Positions 39,470 to 46,325 of a stretch of 64,000 nucleotides of DNA are shown in pieces. The translations under genes and the position numbers were made by a program. Position 1 is the first letter of the stretch, and each line of letters starts with the position of its first letter. The notes beneath the pieces were generated by a model, which ran no database searches, had not been told where the DNA came from, and saw only the letters and a program-made list of their open reading frames with translations. The DNA lies in the IMG/VR virus record IMGVR_UViG_3300031998_000001, positions 269,064 through 333,063 of that record; one strand, 5' to 3'. The DNA is from a virus (Duplodnaviria; Heunggongvirae; Uroviricota; Caudoviricetes).

Positions 39470-39620
39470 TTACTTACGACCAAGGTCGATGTTGCCTTTC
39501 TTAAACCCGATTGCTTCGGGGAGTTGCCGTGAATAATGCAGTGGCTATGTTTCCGCAAAACGCACGGCGAGCCAAGAAATCAGTGGGATGGCAACACTCG
39601 CCTTAAATTATGAAAGCATA

Positions 39621-39694
39621 CTTCCCGTAGCCCAACTGGATAGAGCGTCTGCCCCCGGAGCAGAAGGCTGATGGTTCGAGTCCATTCGGGAAGA
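39621..39694 (+). tRNA. tRNA-Arg(CCG), C at position 33
   Basis: TCTGC-CC-CCG-GA-GCAGA. Confidence 0.88.
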
Positions 39695-39736
39695 CACAGG
39701 CACGAAAGAACAATAACATAATATAACTTTTTGAAT

Positions 39737-39949
39737 ATGAACTGGAAGAAATGGACAGCAATCGGCATCACCGTAGCGGTGGTCGCAACAGGCATAATCC
39801 TTCACCTCGTACAGCCGACAATAAGTTTCGCTTGGACTGAACTTATGTGCGCCTGCGCATTCATAGCGGGTGGCGTATCGGGCTATCTCATCAAGGGCAA
39901 GATGCCAAATGACGGGAACAAGTACCAGTCGGTAGAGGGAAAGGAATAG
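39737..39949 (+). CDS. Small two-TM membrane protein
   Basis: Two hydrophobic helices and a charged tail; the only clear ORF inside the RNA island. Confidence 0.7.
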   Translation: MNWKKWTAIGITVAVVATGIILHLVQPTISFAWTELMCACAFIAGGVSGYLIKGKMPNDGNKYQSVEGKE

Positions 39950-40010
39950 GACAAAAAAAAAAGGACACCACCTCTGCGCATCGGGCGCGGAGGTCGGGTG
40001 TGCATATAAC

Positions 40011-40086
40011 GGTGTCTGTGGCGCAACTGGTAGCGCAGTGGATTGTGGTTCCAAAGGTTGCGAGTTCGAGCCTCGCCAGACACCCA
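40011..40086 (+). tRNA. tRNA-His(GTG)
   Basis: G-1, GTGGA-TT-GTG-GT-TCCA. Confidence 0.92.
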
Positions 40087-40095
40087 TTATCACAC

Positions 40096-40224
40096 GGAAG
40101 CATTGGATGGAAGTGCAAGTACCTACTGGGAACTTCCTGAAAGCGCAAGCAAAGTCGAGGTCTAACGGTACTTATGACCGAGGTAATGGCGGGGCGTTGG
40201 TTCGAGTCCAACACAATGTTTCCA
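40096..40224 (+). ncRNA. tRNA-like RNA with acceptor stem and T arm but a replaced body
   Basis: GGAAGCATTG/CAATGTTTCC closing stem, GTTGG-TTCGAGT-CCAAC T arm, internal AAGTACC/GGTACTT stem. Confidence 0.55.
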
Positions 40225-40231
40225 TTTACAC

Positions 40232-40318
40232 GGAGAGTTGCAGGAGTGGTAACTGGTCAGATTGCTAATCTGAAGCCCGCCTCTGGCGGCAGGGGTCCGA
40301 ATCCCTTACTCTCCGCCA
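40232..40318 (+). tRNA. tRNA-Ser(GCT)
   Basis: TCAGA-TT-GCT-AA-TCTGA, long variable arm, G73, CCA. Confidence 0.93.
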
Positions 40319-40485
40319 AGCAACATATTGTCGGGTAGTCGCGAATATCTTGGCGGTATGGTCGGAAAGAAGTGAATGCGATGCGATTGCGCAAGACCAT
40401 TGCGTTTAGAGTTCAAATCTCCTCTATGGTCTAACAAGGTCATATAGTTTAGTCTGGTTAAAACATTCTGACGCTTTTTTAAATC

Positions 40486-40557
40486 GCGGGAGTAGTTCAG
40501 TGGTAGAACATCGGCTTCCCAAGCCGAGGGTCGCGGGTTCGAGTCCCGTTTCCCGCT
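40486..40557 (+). tRNA. tRNA-Gly(CCC)
   Basis: TCGGC-TT-CCC-AA-GCCGA. Confidence 0.95.
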
Positions 40558-40790
40558 CAACACATAGGCTGTGGACAAGGTGGGCGAAAGTATTTTTTCC
40601 ATAGTTTTACACCAACGCCCGCCTTTTCCTAAACGCATTGGAGAGATAGAGGACTTGCCTTCTAAACAAGCAGTACGGGGGAACTTGCATCCGACCTCCG
40701 TTTCAATGCGGTAGAACTCCGCTCCCGTGACAGCGACGAATGATGCAATAGCGGTTCACGGGATACCTCAAGAAACTTCATTTTTCAAAA

Positions 40791-40863
40791 GCCACAATAG
40801 TTCAACTGGTAGAACGGCGGTATCGTAAACCGCAGGTTGCTGGTTCAATTCCTGCTTGTGGCT
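40791..40863 (+). tRNA. tRNA-Thr(CGT)
   Basis: GCGGT-AT-CGT-AA-ACCGC. Confidence 0.93.
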
Positions 40864-41059
40864 CAACAATTTCGGGGGCTTGCAACGCTGCCACTGCGGG
40901 TGGAAGCCAGCGACAAGAACTTGTGTGAAGCCGAAACGCAGTCCTTCGGGAGAGGGGCGAAGGGGCAAGCGAGATGTGTCCCACTTTTTTAAAGTAACAG
41001 GCTTTAATAAATATTTATCATTCCCGAAAGGCTGTGCGGAACAGCCTCTCGGCTTTTAC

Positions 41060-41132
41060 GGGGATTTAGTTCAGTTGGTAGAACATCTGGTTCGCAATCA
41101 GAAGGTCGCGGGTTCGACTCCCGCAATCTCCA
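41060..41132 (+). tRNA. tRNA-Ala(CGC)
   Basis: G3:U70, TCTGG-TT-CGC-AA-TCAGA. Confidence 0.95.
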
Positions 41133-41138
41133 CACGGA

Positions 41139-41210
41139 TGGGCGATAGTGTAATTGGTAACACAACGGTCTCTGAAGCCGTTATAGCAGGTTCGAGTCCT
41201 GCTCGCCCAA
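41139..41210 (+). tRNA. tRNA-Gln(CTG)
   Basis: ACGGT-CT-CTG-AA-GCCGT. Confidence 0.93.
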
Positions 41211-41367
41211 CGACAAAAATCAATCATCTGTAGATTACATACTGTTTTTAGTTGTAATTGAAGCGACCGCCGTGAGGCGGACGCAGGCTGGCGGTTGGAT
41301 AATGACGCGTAAAGGCGGTTGTGAAAGCCAACGGAAAGCACTACATCGTTAAGTGCCAGCCACCATA

Positions 41368-41502
41368 ATAGGCAGCCGTACTGCCGAATACAAGCCTGTG
41401 GAGAACCCAACCGTGGATGACCGTTGCGTAAGCAACCTAAAAAGCGGTGGTTCTGCGAAGCAGGAAGGAAATGCCTAAATTTCATTAGGTTTCTCCATAC
41501 GG
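41368..41502 (+). ncRNA. Orphan TnpB omegaRNA-like scaffold, copy 2
   Basis: Homologous to 37205-37336 with compensatory stem changes; ends in CCATACGG; no left end upstream. Confidence 0.65.
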
Positions 41503-41760
41503 TATGACAGCCTCTAACCGTAGCACATTACAAAACAAACGCTGTCATTACATAAATGGTCAGAGGCATAACGCCGAGCGCAGGTATGGTATGCGTTCAA
41601 GTCGCAGTCACGGAAGCCCCAGATAAAAATGGGAGGTGCTTGCGGTCAAGCGAGTGGTCAGCGGGCTTGCACTCGGTGTGGCAACAATGGTCGTTTCCGA
41701 ACTTACGACCATTCAAAAAGATAAGGTAGTGGCTTGGGAGGGAAAAGAAACTCTCGATAC

Positions 41761-41832
41761 GCTCCTTTCGTCTAACGGTCAGGACGCGAGATTCTCAATC
41801 TCGTAATGCGGGTTCGATTCCCGCAGGGAGTA
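41761..41832 (+). tRNA. tRNA-Glu(CTC)
   Basis: CGAGA-TT-CTC-AA-TCTCG. Confidence 0.93.
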
Positions 41833-42039
41833 CAATGGCGAACACACGACAATCCAAACTGAAGGGGAACTGGAAAACCCTCGCTCCGAGATAACATCAG
41901 CGCAGAGAGGTTGGTGAGGCAACCGTAAAAGTAATCCTGTGTGCAAGCAAGAAGGAAGTTCGGGTTCAAGTCCCGATGAGGATTATTGTTGAAGAGGGAT
42001 ATGATTCAACCATAGCACTTATGGTGCTGTGCAAGGGTT

Positions 42040-42174
42040 ATAGGCAGCCGTACTGCCGAATACAAGCCTGTGGAGAACCCAACCGTGGATGACCGTTGCC
42101 TATGCAACCTAAAAAGCGGTGGTTCTGCGAAGCAGGAAGGAAATGCCTAAATTTCATTAGGTTTTTCCATACGG
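42040..42174 (+). ncRNA. Orphan TnpB omegaRNA-like scaffold, copy 3
   Basis: Nearly identical to 41368-41502 but with different flanks. Confidence 0.65.
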
Positions 42175-42213
42175 TATCACTACTCGCGGTGGATGTGGAA
42201 ATAACCGCGATTT

Positions 42214-42287
42214 GGTCAGTTGGTGAAGTTGGTTATCATACCTGCCTGTCACGCAGGTGTTCACGAGTTCGAGTCTCGTACTGACCG
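42214..42287 (+). tRNA. tRNA-Asp(GTC)
   Basis: CCTGC-CT-GTC-AC-GCAGG. Confidence 0.93.
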
Positions 42288-42309
42288 CAGACAAAGACAA
42301 AGAACGAGA

Positions 42310-42442
42310 GGACTTGTATGACTTGCAAATGTCACGGACTCAAACAAGAAAAGTTTATAGGCTATTAGAGGATGACTGTTTCTTTAATTTGTTTTCTTGT
42401 ACTGAAGGTCATCACTGCCGTGCCACCAAGCCGTGCAAGTCC
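42310..42442 (+). ncRNA. Pseudoknot/triplex RNA motif, copy C (diverged)
   Basis: ACAAGAAAA/TTTTCTTGT and GATGACT/GGTCATC crossing helices inside a long outer stem. Confidence 0.65.
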
Positions 42443-42446
42443 AAAT

Positions 42447-42520
42447 GGTGCGTTAGTTCAGTTGGTTAGAATGCCAGCCTGTCACGCTGGAGGTCGCGGG
42501 TTCGAGTCCCGCACGCACCG
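42447..42520 (+). tRNA. tRNA-Asp(GTC)
   Basis: CCAGC-CT-GTC-AC-GCTGG. Confidence 0.95.
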
Positions 42521-42555
42521 CAATAATCTGGATATAGGCAAATTACACATATCAT

Positions 42556-42780
42556 ATTGTTGTGGCATACCGTATCACGGGTGCTGACAATCAGGGGAAA
42601 GAGGTTCTGAACATTGATGAGATTGTTGTGGCATACCGTATTACGGGTGCTGACAACGGAAGTACGCGGAGTTCGCTCAATATGATGATTGTTGTGGCAT
42701 ACCGTATTACGGGTGCTGACAACGAACTACCAAAAGGCGGCAAAATGATAATTGTTGTGGCATACCGCAGGACGGATGCC
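42556..42780 (+). CRISPR. CRISPR array 2: 4 repeats (last one a truncated variant), 3 spacers (30, 30, 27 nt)
   Basis: Repeats at 42556, 42622, 42688, 42751; sits between tRNA-Asp and tRNA-Arg. Confidence 0.97.
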
Positions 42781-42788
42781 ATCATACT

Positions 42789-42860
42789 GGCTTGATAGTT
42801 CAATGGATAGAACGGCGGTTTCCTAAACCGTAGATTCGGGTTCGATTCCCGGTCGGGCTA
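42789..42860 (+). tRNA. tRNA-Arg(CCT)
   Basis: GCGGT-TT-CCT-AA-ACCGT. Confidence 0.92.
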
Positions 42861-42952
42861 CAAAAAATCCGCTTTCAAACTTGCGCACGCCTTTATGTCG
42901 GCTAAACGGGTGTTATGCGCAAGTCCCTGAAACGGGGCTTGCAAACGACTAC

Positions 42953-43023
42953 ACAGGTGTAGTTTAATGGTAGAATGGTGGTCTCCAAAACCATAGGTGA
43001 GGGTTCGATTCCTTCCACCTGTG
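42953..43023 (+). tRNA. tRNA-Trp(CCA)
   Basis: GTGGT-CT-CCA-AA-ACCAT. Confidence 0.93.
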
Positions 43024-43157
43024 CAACAAAGCCCGCCGAAATGTGCGCACGAGTAGGCGGGAGCGTACCTATCCGAAGCAAACCGCAGTCCCCCAACAAA
43101 TATACACACTGCGGCTGTAAAGTTCGGACAGCGAATCGTATGTGTCGCTGGAAGTTC

Positions 43158-43193
43158 GGTGGCTCTTCGGTTTTATAAGCCACCACTTTTTTT
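43158..43193 (+). terminator. Terminator closing the RNA island
   Basis: GGTGGCT...AGCCACC stem plus T-run. Confidence 0.6.
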
Positions 43194-43224
43194 CTGAAAT
43201 TCCTATTTATTAACTATATATTAG
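43194..43224 (+). promoter_or_regulatory. Class A promoter for the protease-like/Cas operon
   Basis: CTGAAAT-N14-TATATATTAG. Confidence 0.8.
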
Positions 43225-43255
43225 TGTTGGAAAGGAAACATTAAAGCGACAGGCT

Positions 43256-43768
43256 ATGTCAACAAAGATAAAAGTAACATTGGGATTGTTCAGCAAGGCT
43301 GACGACCGCATCTACACAAAGGACAGCATAGAGATGGCTGTCAAGTCATTCAACGAAAGGATAGAGGAAAACGGCTTCGTAACTGGAAGCCTCCGACACG
43401 GAAGCGAAGGGATACCAGTAAGCGGTTGGGAGGCGTTCACTATGCCGTCAAGGATAGAAACTTTGCTCAACGCGGAGGCACTCGAAAACGCAACGCACAA
43501 AATCACAAGTGCCAGCGCAAGCGAGGACGGAAAGAAAATCACTGGCGAGATAGAACTGCTCAACACCCCGAACGGAAGGCTCGTGAAGGATATGCTCTCG
43601 GACGGAGTGAAACTCTATATGTCGCCCCGCGTAATCATAGACGACACTGCGGACGACAGCGGCGAGAATGTCGAAAGGCTCGACAGCATAATGACATTCG
43701 ACATCACCGACACCCCGATATACGAAGACGGGGAGGAACTTGAGATAAACGCAAAATTCAACAGATAG
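43256..43768 (+). CDS. Prohead protease-like protein (T4 gp21 fold), divergent
   Basis: RIY, GSLRH, ATHKIT, GEIELLNTPNG, G.KL.MSPR, TFDI..TP. Confidence 0.7.
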   Translation: MSTKIKVTLGLFSKADDRIYTKDSIEMAVKSFNERIEENGFVTGSLRHGSEGIPVSGWEAFTMPSRIETLLNAEALENATHKITSASASEDGKKITGEIELLNTPNGRLVKDMLSDGVKLYMSPRVIIDDTADDSGENVERLDSIMTFDITDTPIYEDGEELEINAKFNR

Positions 43769-43789
43769 AAATAATTAAAACAAACGGCA

Positions 43790-46186
43790 ATGGCACACAG
43801 AAAAAAGAAAGATGACGAAGCAACGCTATCGTACAAGTTCAAGGTAAAGGTCATAGAGGGCGACCTGACGGCAGACGACATAACGAAGTGTATCGCGGAA
43901 AACGCGGAGCAGGGCAACCATTTCTCCGAGTTCATACACAAGAACCTGACATCAAAGACAATAGGCGAGTTTGCAAGCCAACTTCCAGCCGAGAAGAGAC
44001 AGTTCGGCTACTACCAGTACGCAATCGGGGGCACGATGCCCGCCAAGAAGAACGCAAGCGACGAGGACAAGCCGAAGGGCGAACTCATAGACTGGTCGAA
44101 AAAGCCGTTCTATGTCCTTTTCTCGAAGGGATACAGCGCGACGCACGCGGTGAACCTGATTTTCAATGTTTACCTGAACTCCGAAGAGGGCAAGGCGTTT
44201 TCGGCAAAGAACTCGATGAACTTGTCAAAAAGCCAGTTCGCGTACAGCGGGTTCGTCCAGATTGTATGCGCCAACTACGCCTCGATGCTGGCGAACGCAC
44301 GCCCAGACAAGATAAAGTTCGAGGAGATAACCGAAGCCACCGATGACGGCACGAAGAAGATGCAGGTCGTAAGGGAGATGGCGGAAAGGTATCTGATGAA
44401 GCCAAAGAACTTCGCCAGCAGGATTGAATACCTCGAAGCAAACAACACGAAGGGCAAGTTCGACAAGACGATACAACGCCTGCGCCTGCTCCAGCCGTTC
44501 TTCGAGAAGAACGAGGAGAGCATAACCGAACTCTACTACGATTTGTCCGTCAAGGCACTTGAACACTCTGGACAATGCACATACAAGGGCGGACGCACAA
44601 TCTCCATACTGGAAATAGGCGACATAAGGATTTCACGCAAGGAAAACGCGAAGGGATACCTGCTCACAATTCCCATAAACAGGAAAAGTGTCGTGTTCGA
44701 CCTGTACGGAAGAAAGGACACGATAGGCGGGGACGGGCGCGACCTCATCGACATAATGAACACGCACGGGAGTTCGTTGCAGTTCACGGCAGACGAGAAC
44801 GACATATACCTGACGATTACAGCGACAAAGAATTTCATCAAGGAGAAGCCGACTTTCAACGAGGATACCGTTCTGGGCGGGGATGTCAACATCAAGCACT
44901 CGTACACGGTATTCAGCGCATCACCGAAGGACATTCCAGACTTCGTTAACTTCTACGAATATTTCGCGAAGGACGGCGAGATAATGAAACTCGCACCGAA
45001 GCCGATGTGGGACTACATCGTTGCCGCAGCAACGAAGTTCCTCACGATACTCCCCATAGAAACGCCAGCGATAAGCGCAACGGTATATGGGAAGAGGACG
45101 GAGGAAGGCATAAGCAGGGCTACATTCAGGGAAACGCAGAAACTCATAGCACTCGAAAAGGCAATCGAAAGGGTTATGAAGCAGGTTTTCGACAAGTACA
45201 ACGACGGCAAGCACCCGCTGGAAGCCATATACATCGGAAACGCAATAAAATACAGAAGGCTCATAAAGGGCTACCTCGCACAGAAAAAGAAATACTATTC
45301 CGCGCACAGCGAATACGACAAGGCGATGGGCTACACCGATGACGACACCGACAGGAAGGAGAATATGGACGAGAGACGCTTCGACGACTCAAAGAAGTTC
45401 AGGTACACCCCAGAGGCGCAGGCGTTGCTCGACACTATGCACACAATCGAGAAGAAGATTGTAGGATGCGTGTCCAACGCAATATCATACGCATACCACA
45501 AGTTCGATGAAAACGGCTTCAATGTGATTGCGCTCGAAAACCTGACCTCCGCCACATTCGCCAAGAAGTACAAGAGCGACAAGCCAGAGAGCATAAAGAA
45601 ACTGCTCAACTTCGACAAGTTGCTCGGCAAGACGCTCGATGAGGCGAAAGCCAGCAAGAGCATATCAAAGCACCCCAACTGGTATGAACTCGTAGCCGAT
45701 GAGAACGGATGCGTATCGGACATAAGGATAACCGACGAAGGTCAGTCCGCTACATACAGAAGTCTGGTGACCGAAACCATTATGAAGGTCTCCCACTTCG
45801 CCGAAACGAAGGACAGGTTCATAGGGCTTGCCAACTCTGGCAGGTTGCAGGTCGGACTCGTGCCGTCCCAGTACACTTCGTACATAGACTCCACCACGCA
45901 CACACTGTACGCGGTAATAGAGGACGGCAAGACCGTACTCGCACCGAAGGAGGTCGTAAGGGCTTCGCAGGAAAGGCACATAAACGGACTGAACGCGGAC
46001 TACAACAGCGCACTCAACCTGAAGTATATGATAACGGATGAGAATTTCAGGAAGACCTTCACATCCGAGACCAGCGCGGACAAGTTCGGATGGGGCAAGC
46101 CGATGTTCAGCCCGACCACCAGAAGTCAGGACGAAGTGTTCTCCGCGATAAAGAAAATCGGGGCGATAACCGTGCTGGAAGATTAG
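43790..46186 (+). CDS. cas-lambda: Compact phage type V CRISPR effector, Cas-lambda family
   Basis: 798 aa; RuvC-I GGDVNIKH, RuvC-II IALENL, RuvC-III HINGLNADYNSALN; adjacent ATTGTTGT...ACAAC 36-nt repeats typical of Cas-lambda loci. Confidence 0.92.
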   Translation: MAHRKKKDDEATLSYKFKVKVIEGDLTADDITKCIAENAEQGNHFSEFIHKNLTSKTIGEFASQLPAEKRQFGYYQYAIGGTMPAKKNASDEDKPKGELIDWSKKPFYVLFSKGYSATHAVNLIFNVYLNSEEGKAFSAKNSMNLSKSQFAYSGFVQIVCANYASMLANARPDKIKFEEITEATDDGTKKMQVVREMAERYLMKPKNFASRIEYLEANNTKGKFDKTIQRLRLLQPFFEKNEESITELYYDLSVKALEHSGQCTYKGGRTISILEIGDIRISRKENAKGYLLTIPINRKSVVFDLYGRKDTIGGDGRDLIDIMNTHGSSLQFTADENDIYLTITATKNFIKEKPTFNEDTVLGGDVNIKHSYTVFSASPKDIPDFVNFYEYFAKDGEIMKLAPKPMWDYIVAAATKFLTILPIETPAISATVYGKRTEEGISRATFRETQKLIALEKAIERVMKQVFDKYNDGKHPLEAIYIGNAIKYRRLIKGYLAQKKKYYSAHSEYDKAMGYTDDDTDRKENMDERRFDDSKKFRYTPEAQALLDTMHTIEKKIVGCVSNAISYAYHKFDENGFNVIALENLTSATFAKKYKSDKPESIKKLLNFDKLLGKTLDEAKASKSISKHPNWYELVADENGCVSDIRITDEGQSATYRSLVTETIMKVSHFAETKDRFIGLANSGRLQVGLVPSQYTSYIDSTTHTLYAVIEDGKTVLAPKEVVRASQERHINGLNADYNSALNLKYMITDENFRKTFTSETSADKFGWGKPMFSPTTRSQDEVFSAIKKIGAITVLED

Positions 46187-46215
46187 CGCATATTATTCTC
46201 ATATCTAAAATTGGA

Positions 46216-46247
46216 AGGACACCTGCGGACGCGGGTGTCCTTTTTTC
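46216..46247 (+). terminator. Rho-independent terminator after cas
   Basis: AGGACACCTGC-GGAC-GCGGGTGTCCT plus T-run. Confidence 0.85.
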
Positions 46248-46325
46248 TTAAAATGCCAATTTATAAATAATATATAACTTATATTTTACTTTTCATTTTT
46301 GTTTAACTAAAAAGAGATAGACTAT

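Noticed and set aside
38448-39558. ORFs called across the CRISPR arrays (also 42372-42803)
   Set aside because: They are translations of repeats and spacers (LLWHTVLRVLTT units).
40330-40480. tRNA fragments (GAGTTCAAATCTC arm; TAGTTTAGTCTGGTTAAAAC D-arm-like stretch)
   Set aside because: No complete cloverleaf can be assembled; probably decayed tRNA pieces.
38622-42750. Self-targeting spacers within the window
   Set aside because: I found no match by eye; this is not exhaustive and needs an alignment.
36750-43150. tmRNA, RNase P RNA or group I intron in the RNA island
   Set aside because: No GGGG...TCGA tmRNA 5' end with tag frame, no GAGGAAAGTCC RNase P signature, and no recognisable P7 core was seen.
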